A stretch of DNA of 64,000 bases. Origin: Adineta vaga (taxonomy: Eukaryota; Animalia; Rotifera). The first letter of the stretch is position 1. Every line of letters begins with the position of its first letter. The stretch lies in contig CP075494.1 in assembly GCA_021613535.1 (NCBI GenBank), positions 16,616,001 through 16,680,000 on the forward strand. Reading direction: 5' to 3'. Below, in pieces: positions 47,761 through 60,700 of the stretch. The position numbers and the translations under genes were made by a program. The notes beneath the pieces are model-generated. The model ran no database searches. It was given only the letters and a program-made list of their open reading frames with translations, and was not told the origin of the DNA.

Positions 47761-48680
47761 AACAAAATAAATCAGAATGGAACGAAATTGGAATTACAGT
47801 TGCTGGTGGAAATGGAGCTGGAAATCAAACAAATCAACTTCACTTCCCTAGTAAATGCTTGATTGATAGAGACAAAACTATTTTAATTACCGATCTTGGA
47901 AATAATCGTATTGTTAGATGGAAATATGGTTCGAATGACGGTGAAATCATGGCAAATACGTATGAAACTAGAGACCAAAATGATCAGTTAAGTGGTCCAA
48001 GAGATATTATTGCTGACAAACAAACCGATTCTTTTATTATTTGTGAACAATATAGAAAACGAGTAATACGATGGTGGTTTTATCAAAATGAAGTAAAACA
48101 AGAAGTTCTCGTCGATAATATTTCTTGTTATGGTCTAGGAATGGATAAAGATGGATTCCTTTATGTTTCTGATGATGAGAAGAATGAAGTGAGAAAATGG
48201 AGAAAAGGAGATAATGAAGGAATTTTAGTTGCAGGTGGAAATGGAAAAGGAAATGGATTGAATCAACTTGATAGTCCAACTTTTATTTTTGTGGATGAAA
48301 ATTCTTCTATTTATGTATCGGATTGGAAAAATCATCGAATTATGAAATGGAGAAAGAATGCACGACAAGGAATTATTGTAGCTGGTGGAAATGACGAAGG
48401 AAATACTCTCAAACAATTAAGTAATCCTCGAGGAATAATCGTTGATTATTTGCGTCAAATCTATGTATCAGATATGGGTAATAATAGAATAGTACGTTGG
48501 TCTGAAGGAAATACTGAAGGTTCAATTTTTTTTGGTCAATACGGACCAGGAAAAGCATCACATCAGTTGCGACAACCTACTGGTTTATCAATGGATAATC
48601 AAGGTCATTTATATGTTGCCGATTGGGGAAATCATAGAATTCAAAAATTTGAAATTAATCGTCAAAAAATAATTCATTGA
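47761..48680 (+). CDS. NHL-repeat beta-propeller (terminal exon, preceded by a TM-coding exon at about 47437-47570)
   Basis: Repeated VAGGNG.G...NQL..P and YVSD..NHRI motifs; acceptor TTTACAG at 47760. Confidence 0.85.
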
Positions 48681-49256
48681 ATACAACGATTTCTTCAAAT
48701 TTACATATTTAAAAGAAATTTCATACCAATCTATTTATTATTCGTATAACATCATTTATTGCAAAGTAGAATAAAATTAAAACTTGACAAAAAAAAACTC
48801 ATTTCTTTCTTGTTCATTCGTTGAAACACAGAATGATTCGATTTCCTAATCGAAAAATGATGAAATATATGATCTTTGAGATAATGTCATAAATGAATCT
48901 ATTTATACATTGTTTTACACGAACAGAATAGGCAAAAAAGAAGAAATGCTACTGCTCAAACAAAAGCCTTTATGTTTTGAAAGAGTAATTATATAAATAT
49001 ATACATTACTTATTCTTAAAATGAATGAAACAAAATATCTTTCATTGTTTATATATGTAACTATTGTAACATTCTTACTGAAAAAACACCATTTATTTCA
49101 GTCATATGTCTAGAAAATTTAAGAAAAAAACAAAAAAGTACTTTCCAGTCTTTCTTTCTTTCTTTAAAGAAAAAAATGAAGTTTATTTCACTTGTAATCA
49201 TAAAACAATATTCAATCATTTCTTGAGAAAATAAATTTTTGTTTAATCCTGTTGAT

Positions 49257-50028
49257 ATGAAGAAAACTGTTCAACAACCAAAAAAATTTGACATTAAAAA
49301 TAAAAATCAAGAAGATAATTTATCAACAAAAAAATCCAAGTTTGTTGTTTTCTTTTCATATAATTCATTATTTGTTTATTAATTTTTCAAATAATTAGAT
49401 GTTCTCTTTCACGATGTATATGTATTCAATTATTAATTCTATTATATCTTCTTGTATTAGCAGCGATTATTATTCCAATTCTTGTTATTGCACTTGGTAA
49501 GTTGAGAACAAAAAATATTCTTATTTATTTGTTTTCATTTTCTAGATCTCTCAAATACAAAACGTAAGTAATTAAATTGAGATATTTTGTTTTTTATATT
49601 AATATAATATTATTTTTGTAGCATGTGCAAACACATATAGTGAGACTTTTACAAATCTTGTCATACCAACAACAGCTCAATGTACAAATTGGCAAACTTT
49701 TACAGCTACTTTAAATTGTAAAAGTTATTTAAAAATGCGTATTTATGGTTCAAATGATCCAGAAGGTGTAACTATAACAGATTCATTTGTTGTTACTGAA
49801 CTTGCAGTAGCTTTAAAATATAATGGTACAATTACGCTTAATTTAAATGGATTTTTTTGGAGTGTTAATACATGTTGGACTGGTGGTTATGGAATAAATT
49901 CAAACGGTTATTGTTCTTGTGGTACTGGTTATGCTATTAGACCATGTGTACCAAATACCTATTGGGGAGGAATCGCTGGTCCAACATGTAATGCACAATC
50001 ACAAACTGTATCAATTTATTTTGAATGA
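49257..50028 (+). CDS. Small type II membrane protein with a Cys-rich C-terminal domain; 4 exons including an 18-nt microexon
   Basis: ATG at 49257; GT-AG introns join MKKTV..., a TM exon (QLLILLYLLVLAAIIIPILVIAL), a microexon, and the exon containing ORF 49735..50028. Confidence 0.65.
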
Positions 50029-50191
50029 ACTAAATCAAAATTATTAAATTTTATTTGAAAAAGAAAAGACTTGAAAGAAGAAATTGTTTGTCTATTCGCA
50101 TTTCATTGATTGAAAAAAAAATTGTAAAAATGAAAATAAGAATTTTTTTCGTAAAATATATGATAACTATGCGAAAGAGCTGAACGAAACA

Positions 50192-50245
50192 TCGAGTATG
50201 GATGTAGGTGGGTGAAGATACAGTTAGAGCCACATCCACCCTCGA
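50192..50245. repeat. Telomere-like palindrome copy with arm-matched variants
   Basis: TCGAGTATGGATGTAGGTGGGTG...CCACATCCACCCTCGA. Confidence 0.7.
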
Positions 50246-50887
50246 CCTCTATATGGGTCGATTATTTTTAATTTTTGGAATTATTGTTATATTATCAATA
50301 GGATTATATACATGGATAAAACGATATTTAATGAAAGAACATTTATTTATATTCATTCAACAGAGAAAGAATTGATTTTTATCAGAAGATGTTTGATGTA
50401 CATTAAAACTGAAAAAAAGAACAATTCCAAACTCACATTCATATTTTTTTTAAGGATCTGTAATTAACTATATCGGTTTTAACATTCCTAAATAGATCAA
50501 CAAATATTGTGATAATATCACAGTGATATTAATATGAAAATATGTCCAGTCAAACTAAGTGAATTTTCTGAGATAAGTTACAGAGCTGCCATAGGACGTT
50601 TCATTCTACATACTATTGATCTTATCACGTCCGATCTTTATAAAAATATTGAAGATAACTTTCCTTCCTTTTTCATAAGTATGCTATTTTTGACATATTT
50701 AATATAATAATTAAACAATGGTATATTATTTTCTTTGACATTCTTTTTTTCATTCATCAAATCAAATAGTTAAATATCCATCATGATAAAAGAATTTGAG
50801 AATGAGCGTTGTTTTTTTGTTTTCTCTCATCCACTCCCATGGAATGCGGGTCTAACAATCTAGAGTGAAGCGGAATCGAGCAACATT

Positions 50888-52744
50888 TTAATTGTTCCAC
50901 AAACCAACATTATTTATATAGTTTTCAGTGAGGTTTTTCAAACCGCTACTTTCATCATAGATTAGGCACATCAATCCCTTATGAAAGTTTTCCATAAAAT
51001 CGCAGGCTTCTTTATACGTGAGGTTATCATTTGCTTCATTGACTGCCAAACCCTTCAGTTCATCACGGTTGTTCATTAGGAGTTTTAGAAAGTTGTCGTA
51101 GGAACCAATAATAGTTTTAGCCATTTCTTTTAGATGACTATGACGCACGAGTACATCAGCAACGATTTCCAACGGTGGCTTTTGAAACATAGATTTCATG
51201 TGTTCAATTACTTTCTTGAGATTTTCATTATTTCTACCATTAAAAAGTTGTTTACGTTGGTCCACAGTGAAATTAGTATGAAAAGAGAAGCACACTAGAC
51301 AACTAGACACATAGAGAAGTTTTCTTGACATCAATAATTTGATAAAACGAATCACAGAGCCTTCTCCTTGACGACTCCAATCTTTATATTGGGTGCTCAC
51401 ATGCATGGTGTTCCAGAATCGTGTAAAGTCGCGAAGGAGAAATTTTGGTACATGATCCTCAAAACTATTCCACAAACTATGGTCTTCATACAGATAGCGA
51501 CTTAGAAGGTTGTCTAATACTCTTTCATAGGCTTCTTTATTGCCCACTACGTGTGCTTCGATTAAAAGAGCCATTCGACGAGCGAGGTTATTATTTGTAT
51601 CTAGCTCATTGCCGATGTTGTGAACCAAACTTGTACTAAAAACCATTACATCGAAGATTCCCTCTCGACCAACGGACATCTTAGCAACTTTGTTTATAAT
51701 TTTTTGAATATCTGAAAAGCATTTCTGATGCCTATAGTCTACTTGACTATCAATTAACAAAAACCAATCGATATCACTACCATCGGTATATTCATTGCGA
51801 GCGAGAGATCCTAATATGATAATACTCATATCGTTAGAATTACAATGCGCACATAGCTTGTCTGTAAGTTCCCGTTGAGTACCAGCTGCCAATTTACGCG
51901 CTTTATTAATATATTCCCATGAAGTACGAAGCTTCTTTTCTAGTTTTCGTATACTGGAAGAATCATCTTCCATAGTTTCGGCTTGTGACTCATGGGCTTC
52001 ACTTTGGTCCTAAAATAAAATCAGTTTTAGATGGTTATATGACAAATATATTTGAGACTTAAACGTTCGCTGCATTGGAAACGAGATCATCTACATTGAA
52101 TTGTCACGATCTTGAGGGTGTAGGGTGGGTGAAATTTCACCCAACTACCCATTCCAACTCCCGTTGACCTTCTCTGGGACCTAAGCTACCACTGATGAAA
52201 GTTTGGTGACTCTAGTTATACCAGGGACTGAATGCATAGCGGACAGGCAGAAAAACATTCTTTTTTAGATATGTATAGATATATAGAAGATATTTCAGAG
52301 TACTCGGAATGGATCATTTCTTCTCCAAAATTTGTAGTTGATTTGAATACTCTTTTCTTATAAGAAGTCTTTCATATAAACGTAGCGCCAGATAAGACAG
52401 AAAAACGATTGATCTCAATCATACAATTATCACTGATTAAGAAATGTTCCATTTCTAATTGGTGTCAGTGTTTGACGAATAGAATACTTTTTACACGACA
52501 TCTAGCTGAAACTCACCGCATTGATAGGTTCACCTGTGCTAGCGGCATTGTTGTCATAGGATGTCATGCCACTGGCACTGTGCGACACTGAGTCAGTTGT
52601 GGGTGAACTAGTAGATAAAATTCCCGAAGTCGATTGTTGCGTGGGAATTAAGCCGACTATATCCACAATGTTTGGATCAAAACCAGAATTCTTTTCAGAC
52701 CTTTCATCAACTGCTTCTCTAACATGAGGTTCCATATTAGCCAT
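50888..52744 (-). CDS. Bacterial-type Pol-beta-superfamily nucleotidyltransferase, about 449 aa, 2 coding exons
   Basis: Exons 52744-52517 and 52009-50888 joined in phase 0 (GTGAGT...TTTTAG). Motifs IILGSLAR.E...SDIDW, RRMALLIE, PKFLLRDFTRFWNTM, IKLLMSRKLLY. Confidence 0.8.
52112..52162. repeat. Telomere-like palindrome copy (intronic)
   Basis: TTGAGGGTGTAGGG followed by the perfect palindrome TGGGTGAAATTTCACCCA. Confidence 0.75.
52165..52279 (-). mobile_element. Helitron 5'-end remnant
   Basis: Reverse complement reads ATCTATACATATCTAAAAAAGAATGTTTTTCTGCCTGTCCGCTA, similar to the head of the Helitron at 60328. Confidence 0.5.
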
Positions 52745-53148
52745 GAGTATTAGAGAATGTGAGCAACCCCTTTAGCCAATGCTTGCCAAGCGAGTGTTCT
52801 GAAAGACAAAATATTTAAAGAAAATTACAATAATCTCTCAAATAGGTGCACTGACGTACGAATTAAGATTGAATAAAAGCTGAATAATTAGTATATAGGA
52901 TATTTTAGTACCGGATTCGCTCAGGTGCTACTTCCAGCTAGGATCACATTGATTTCAAATAGAACTCGACGAGCTATACTTATCTCCACCATCACGCTCA
53001 TCTATGAAATCCCCTCAAAAACGAAATTTATCCTTAAACGACAGTAGTTCCAAATTTAGTTCGATCAGGTCCACTATTCTCACATATTAGTATGAAAGAT
53101 TGAGGAATTTATTGCTGAGAAATGTGCAAACTACTAATGAACGTCGAC

Positions 53149-54353
53149 TTAAACGCGCGTAACGCGATGACATATTGGCGAGAATTTTAGCATCTTTTCT
53201 CATAGACTATAATGTCTTTCAAAATTTTCTTTTTTTTCTCTAGAATATGTACCTCATAGTCATCTATCATTTCTAAAAAAATCAGCTCGATTGAATGCAC
53301 CATTCGGAATTTTTTGATAAAATACATGTCATAACACGATGATGAAAAACGGACAAAATTCTAATAGTGCTATGATTCTTTGCTATTTTTCTGCGAATTT
53401 ATGATACATCGAAAGAGACATTCATTTCATGTTTTGCAGCTCACATCTTGATATCTTTATAGTTAAATCCAGTTTCCGAAATAGACACTCTATTCTTATG
53501 CAAAATCGATTTTATCGATGTAACACGGTAATGCTAGTTTTCGAACCAGAGCTTTCACTACCTATTTTAGAAGCCTCTCCTGCTACATAAAGTTAGGATA
53601 GAATACCTTCTGTCATAATTATAGAGAATAAACGTTAAATTTGGTAGATTTAGTCATATCAAGTCAAAAATCACTCGTAGCAAATTAGACAGGATATCTT
53701 TCCTATCCCGATACTTACATACATGCATAGACTTCACCCACTCTCATATGTATCCATTTTTATTCACCGCACATTCACCATTATTGTCATACTGCATATC
53801 GACACAAATCGTCGCTTACTACCATTCAAGTCAAATCCTGTCAAATCCAAATCTAGGATTTGACTGGAATTGGATTTGTTGCACCCCTAATTGAAAAGCA
53901 AGGACAAAATGCAAAACACGTCATCACGTTACGAAAAAATTTTGCAAAGTATAACCTTTCGAAAATAAAAATATATTCATCAGATAGCTCATAGAAAATT
54001 AGCTGTAGGCTTATATTTTGAGAAGAAAACTGTTGGATCTTATTGGTGAAAAATAAACAATACTGACTTTTCGTAACGCGATGATGATATAAATAGAGTA
54101 GTATTGGTGAAGCTCGCCTATCAGAACAATAATGAATAAAAAACTCAATGGTTTCCGAAAACATATACCTATTATAACAGTCTTAAATTATTCTAATCAA
54201 CTTATTATATACCGAGCTGTTCCAGTAAAATAATTGAATTGATTAGCGAGTTAAACATTGAGTTTTTTATAAGGTATTAATGACCTCAATGAGAACTTCT
54301 CAAAGTAAGGAGTTCGATATCACATCACCAGAGGTGACGCGTTATGCGTTTAA
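53149..54353. mobile_element. Possible TTAA-flanked non-autonomous DNA transposon (decayed, with nested fragments)
   Basis: TTAA-ACGCGCGTAACGCG at the left and CGCGTTATGCGT-TTAA at the right form imperfect TIRs; the TAAC(G/A)CGATGA motif recurs inside. Confidence 0.35.
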
Positions 54354-55029
54354 GCCGCGACGTGTCATGTTCGCATTGACAAAAAAAATATCACTGGTTG
54401 TTTCATTTCATCCAATCAATGAAAAACATTTTATGATTATGATTGATCGAAAATTATCGAGTATAGAAAAAGAAATTTTTAAAATTAGTGGATAAAGTAT
54501 TTCTTATGGAAATATATTATTCTTAGTCAAAATAGAAATAGTTGTGTTCGAGATGAACTTTATCGCACCAAATTTAAATATTCATTGGTTTATATGTAGC
54601 AACCAATGACAAGTTTTTAAATATGCGTAAGCTAAGACTCTGAACCCGAACAGACAGAAAAGTGAATTAACGATAAAACTGAAATAAGACGTCCGATTGG
54701 CGCATTATGAGGTAAATCGTCTAAGAAAGATGAGTTGTGGCATAGAGAGAATAATGGATTTCAGAGGCGGTTAAAAAGCACTAATGCATTTTTATGTAGA
54801 ATTCATTTTTATTTTTAAAGACTGAAACTTTATAAAAAAAACTAGTTTATATAAAATTATTATTTTTTGTAAATGTTTTTTAGTTTGAATGAAAATAAAA
54901 GAGTTCAACTTGCGACATCGAAATGTTGATTACGCGGTTATATCAGTTGTATCCATCAATGGAAAAATGGTTTATGGATATTAAAAATAAAATTAAAAAT
55001 AATAGACATTGTTTTCTCAATAAATTTAG

Positions 55030-56125
55030 GTTTAGCTTATAGTTATTATCTATTCGTACTAAATTTATTACAATTGATTATCCAACTCAATCGATATTCA
55101 ATAATCTTCGATTAAAATCTCGAATCTCTTCAACATTAGAATGTTCTTGTCAACAGATAATTATTCCATACAATTCATTTATTTCAATTAATCCTCATTT
55201 TCATCAACTATGTTCAAGTGATTTTATCAATATGAATTCGAATTGGACAAATGTACTCTATTCGTACGGAATCGATGATGAACATTCTTATGATGATTAT
55301 CGTCTATTTGCTTTACCACAATTTCGTACATTATCTTCGTTATGTGATCTTTCGAAGACAACTGTTATGAATAATTTAAATCGATTTAGTTCGAAGATAT
55401 TAATCAGTAAACAAATTCAATCGTATGAGATCATTCAATCTCAAATTGAAAATGCAGTTACACGATTTCGTTCAGCATTATGTAGAACATTTGTTTTGAC
55501 ATTGAATTTTATTCGAGAAATGTTTCAAGGAAATGGAATTGTTTCATCGATCTATTCGAATTGGTATTTTCAAACATTAAGAAAAGAATCATTGGCTTTT
55601 TTATGGACAAAACCACGTTCATATGGAAATGAAAACAATTGTTCTTGTGAAACAAATTCAATGTGTAGTTCACCGGCAATGATTGAAAATTTATCAATAC
55701 CTGGTTTTCGAATTGGTTGTTATGTAATAGATTCTCTTTTACAATCAACTTTGGAATGTCTTTATAATATTAGTTGTATCAATTTAATGAAATCTTTCTA
55801 TTCTGTACAGGATGTTACCGTTATACCATTGAATACAAATCTTTCTTCTACAAATGAAACTGTTCAAAGTCTTGTTGATCGTCTGTTGATTGATGAATGG
55901 AAATTCAATATTTCTTATGAAAATTATTATCGTACTTGTTCACCACGTTCATGTCGATATTCAATTGAAGAACGTGCTGATCCATTATATATTATAATAA
56001 CAATTATTGGATTTTATGGTGGATTAACTGTAGCATTGAAAATCGTCGCTCCTCTTCTAATGAATATCGGTCGACACTTTTTCAGACGTTTTCAAAATAG
56101 GATTGGTGTTGAAAATCCTTGTTAA
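55030..56125 (+). CDS. Cys-rich two-TM-module protein (bdelloid-expanded, DEG/ENaC-like topology); 5' part unresolved
   Basis: LECSC, FHQLCSS, GCYVIDSLLQSTLECLY, and IIGFYGGL in the last TM; homologous to the units at 57717-62226. Confidence 0.65.
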
Positions 56126-56661
56126 TCAAGTTTTATTTGCTTAAGTGAAAAGGCAACATTATTTTTCTTCATGATTATCTTGATGAATTTTTTTCGTTTT
56201 AAATCGTGTAACTACCTATAAAAACTAGGTACGAGTCGCTCCTCTCAACATGATTGTGCCTTGTTGAGTCATAAAAAAAAGAAAAGAGAATGTATCCTGT
56301 TCTTCAGAGTTTCTTTCCGTTCGTTCCCTCATTTATTTTTGTTGTTTAATCTTCCTCCGCTGCTTTGCTTTCACTATTTAAAAAAAATATTAACTAATAC
56401 AGTGCTTGATTGTGATACGCTTTGCATTGATGTAGCTTCAGCCTTAACATTTTTCTCTTTTCTCTACTCTAACTTATATATTATTCTGAAAACACGCGAG
56501 TATGACAATTTAAAGCACAATAAAAAAAGAAAACAAATGATAAAGCTTTGTACTTATATACCACAACGGAAAGAATCAAGAAGAGAAAAAAGAACATTTA
56601 TTAGTCTCTAGTCAGTGCATATTTTATATATTCCTTATTCTCACCTACAATGTTCAACATA

Positions 56662-56715
56662 TTGAGAGTGGGTGTAGATTATTAGCTAGTGTCCACCCCA
56701 CACCCACACCCTCAA
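56662..56715. repeat. Telomere-like palindrome copy
   Basis: TTGAGAGTGGGTGTAG...CCCCACACCCACACCCTCAA. Confidence 0.8.
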
Positions 56716-57071
56716 CAAATAGGAATTGTTAGTTTTGATAATAAATAAATGTGCTCATAGAAATCATCTAGATATCTATAAACGATTACCATTCTATTTA
56801 TGATTGAATTCAATTAAATATAAACACGACATGTGTTCTTCTTATTTTACTATTTCTTTTTTTTTTTGAAAATGTGTGTGTGAATAAAAACAAATATAAA
56901 ATGGAAGAAATGATGTATTGTTTAAATAAACATATGAAGGAGTGTATTATTCGTTGACGTAGTATTGCAATGCCATTGACGTCAACATGAAACTATAAAT
57001 ACGCGATTGCTTCATACAGGTTTTTTTCTTTTCTATTCTATACTTTATTCAAATAAAATACTTTTTGACAC

Positions 57072-57473
57072 ATGGCAACAGTTTTCATACAATTCATATG
57101 GATTGCTATAATTCAAGCATGTTTAGCAAGAAGTTATTCGTCGTCGAGAAGTAGGAGTAGAAGTGGTGGTAGTGCTAGTAGCAGTAGCAGTGGTAGTACT
57201 GGTTCATTATCGACGGGTGGTATTATAGGCATTGCATGTGCGGCTACTTTTGTGTATGTTATATTGATGATAATATTGGTTTACTTCAGAGTAAAACGAA
57301 TTCGGAGACAAAGAAAAGCTAATTTACCGATAGCAGTACAAATGGCTTTAGCTCAAGAAGAAAATCAATATAAACCACCTGGTTTTAATCAAGCACAACC
57401 TTACAATCAAACATCACGACATTCTGCATTTAATTATCAAAAAGATCCAACAAAATTGATTCCAGTTTCATAA
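57072..57473 (+). CDS. Small single-pass membrane protein
   Basis: Signal peptide, Ser/Gly/Arg-rich ectodomain, LSTGGIIGI TM segment, basic stop-transfer; TATAAAT about 75 nt upstream. Confidence 0.75.
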   Translation: MATVFIQFIWIAIIQACLARSYSSSRSRSRSGGSASSSSSGSTGSLSTGGIIGIACAATFVYVILMIILVYFRVKRIRRQRKANLPIAVQMALAQEENQYKPPGFNQAQPYNQTSRHSAFNYQKDPTKLIPVS

Positions 57474-57635
57474 AATATAATTATCTTTAACTAATTAAAA
57501 CTATTAATAGTTTATATTTCGATCTTTTTTTTCTTTTTATTCAATAATATTCAGATTGATCACTATAGAAATCAAACTAATTTCTTTAATATATATATAT
57601 ATAATTTGTCGACATTCTCCAATACTATAATCATC

Positions 57636-57713
57636 TTGAGGATGGGTGTGATCTGAGTATGGATGAGGGTTATAGAGAGACAAGCCCTTCACTTCACCCA
57701 CACCCACCCTCAA
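57636..57713. repeat. Telomere-like palindrome copy between convergent genes
   Basis: TTGAGGATGGGTGTG...CACCCACACCCACCCTCAA. Confidence 0.8.
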
Positions 57714-57716
57714 TGA

Positions 57717-60700
57717 TTAATTATTGACAATCGATGATTGAGGAACAATTCTTCGTTTATATTTTCGAATAATCCATGCGGAGAATGTCACTAATTTTGG
57801 TATAAGAATTTTTAAAACAGTTATTAAACCACCAGTTAATCCAATCAATTTTGTAATTATATCAACAATTCCATATTTTGTTTTATGAAAATATGAACAT
57901 TGTATTGGTTGACATTCAATGAAATATTCTTTATATTTCTTCGTTAAATTCCATTTTTCAATCATTAATTCACGAAGAAGTTGTTCAATTGTTGAATTAA
58001 CTGAATAATTAATGAGTAATGATGAATCAAGAGCGATGAAATTCGTTCTTAAAGGTGCTATTAAATAGTTTTCAAGTTCATTAACACAGATTTGACTATA
58101 AAAACATTCGAGAGATGATTGAAGAAGTGCTTCAAGAATATAACATCCACGATAAAATCCAGGTATTGGAAATGTTCCTGTTACTCTATGATAACTACCA
58201 ATTATTTCCTTTTGAGCACATTTCGATGATATATCACAAACACAACCATCATAATCCTCTCTCTCTGGATATAGGATTTTATCAGGAAAATGAGCAGCGA
58301 GATTATAGTTTGTTTCTCGTCCTGAATATAGACCATTTGTATAAGTTGTATTTCTTATTGTATCAATCGAAATAAGAAATTTACTTATTATTGATAATTT
58401 TAACTGTTCAGTCAATGTTTCAATTTGAGAATTAAATAAATTAAAAGGTATCATTGTTGTACTAACATATTGATTTGATAAAAATTGTTTATAATTATCA
58501 GAAATTATTCGATTAATTAATTGACAAAAGTCATTCATTGCTTGAAAAACATATTTACCATAAAATCTAAAGTCCTTAATAGGTACAAACAACATCATTG
58601 AAGATTTAATAAGATAATTAATCCATTGATCAGTTACAAATATACTATTACATATTTCATGTAATGTATAATTAATTTCAAGAATTTCATTATTTTTAAT
58701 TAAAATATTTTTACATGGACAAATAAGAGTTTCAGAATATTGTAAATAGAATTGTTGATATTGTTCAAAATTTGGTTCTTTAATTGTTTCTAATTTAATA
58801 ATTGAAATCAATGAATTGTAAAAGAGAAGAATAAAGAGTGAAAGAATTAATAGAAAAATAAATAATCGTGTTGATATTCGTTCATTTCGAAGATCATATT
58901 CGTTGATTGAGGGTGGTATAGATAGGAAGAGATTGAAAGTTTGAATGAAATGAGTTAATTTATAAAATAATGTCGATGTCGGTTGATTGATATTTGTTTC
59001 TTAAATAAATTTAAAGATCAATATCAAAATTTTGTCTTCATTCATTATACATTTGATTTTTGTCTTACCTGGAGATGATTGTTTTTTTCTTCGTATAAAT
59101 TTCACCACTACTGGTATAACAAGTTTCAAAACCGTAATTAGACCACCAGTTAATCCAATAAGTGTTGTTATTATATAAATTGCATTGTTTTTCGTTTCAT
59201 GAAGATATGTACATTCTATTGGTTGACATTCAATGAAATATTCTTTATATTTCGTTGTAAAATTCCATTTTTCAATCATTAATTCACGAAGAAGTTCTTC
59301 CATTGTTAAATGAACTGAAGAATTAGCTTGTAGTGAAATGTCAAGTGGTATAATATTCATTGGAAACGGAATTCCGAAATATGATAGAAGTTGTTGTATA
59401 CATATATCATTAAAAAGACATTCGAAAGAAGATTGAAGAAGTGCTTCAAGAATATAACATCCACGATAAAAACCAGGTATAGAGAATAGTATTGTTTTAG
59501 AAGAATTATCGTTATAAATGGAATATTGTGCAACACATGTTGGAAAATTACTACAAGTACAATTTGGATAAGGAAATAATGATTTGGTCACATTTGGAGG
59601 ATTTTCTCGAACATAAATTTCGTAATTTGTCCTTCGTGCAGAATAGAGACCATTCGTATGGGTTGTACTTCGTATTAAATCAAGTGAAATACCAAAACTA
59701 TTTATCATTGATGATTTAAATTGTTCAATCGATGTTTCAATTTGTGAATAAAATAAATTAAAAGGTATCATTGTTGTACTAACATATTGATTTGATAAAA
59801 ATTGTTTATAATTATCAGAAATTGTTCGATTCATTAGTTGACAAAGTTCATTGATCGCTTGAAAAACATATTTACCTGAATATCTAAAGTCTCGAATGTC
59901 TATATCCAATATTGATGAAGATATGATTAAATAATTAATCCATTGATCAGTTACAAATATACTATTACATATTTCATGTAATGTATAATTAATTTCAAGA
60001 ATTTCATTATTTTTAATTAAAATATTTTTACATGGACAAATAAGAGTTTCAGAATATTGTAAATAGAATTGTTGATATTGTTCAAAATTTGGTTCTTTAA
60101 TTGTTTCTAATTTAATAATTGAAATCAATGAATTGTAAAAGAGAAGAATAAAGAGTGAAAGAATTAATAGAAAAATAAATAATCGTGTTGATATTCGTTC
60201 ATTTCGAAGATCATGTTCGTTGATCGATGGTGGCACAGATTGAAATAAATTCAGCATTATAAGATAGTTTTTTAAGGTTCGAATTAAATTGAAAAATCGT
60301 TGATTGAGATTAAATACAAAATCCATATCTATATATATAAAGAAGAAAGTTTGTCTGTCTGTCTGTTCGCTAGGGTGTGGGTGTCTGCCTCCAAGATGGA
60401 CAACTGCAATGCCGGGGTTGGGTTCTCAAAAAAAACTGAATTTGGAGTGAAATGACTACTCTACCTGTATGGAGTCGAAGTGAAGGTTATAAACTAGAGA
60501 ATGACTTGTAGCGAGCATCTGAGAATAGGCATATCTACCGAGGGACTGGAGTTGCAGCGGGACGGTTGGAGTGAATTTTGAAAGGAACAGAGCTGTATGT
60601 CGTATGCGTAGTGAGACAAGACCAGTAGGAAAGAACTAACGAAGAAATGCGAAAAGTTCCGAAAAAAACAAGACCTGGTGCATGACGCGAAAAGCGATAT

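Noticed and set aside
7052-57713. CRISPR-like or integron attC interpretation of the repeated palindromes
   Set aside because: Copies are kilobases apart and degenerate, there are no cas or tyrosine-recombinase genes, and the context is eukaryotic. Kept only as a repeat family.
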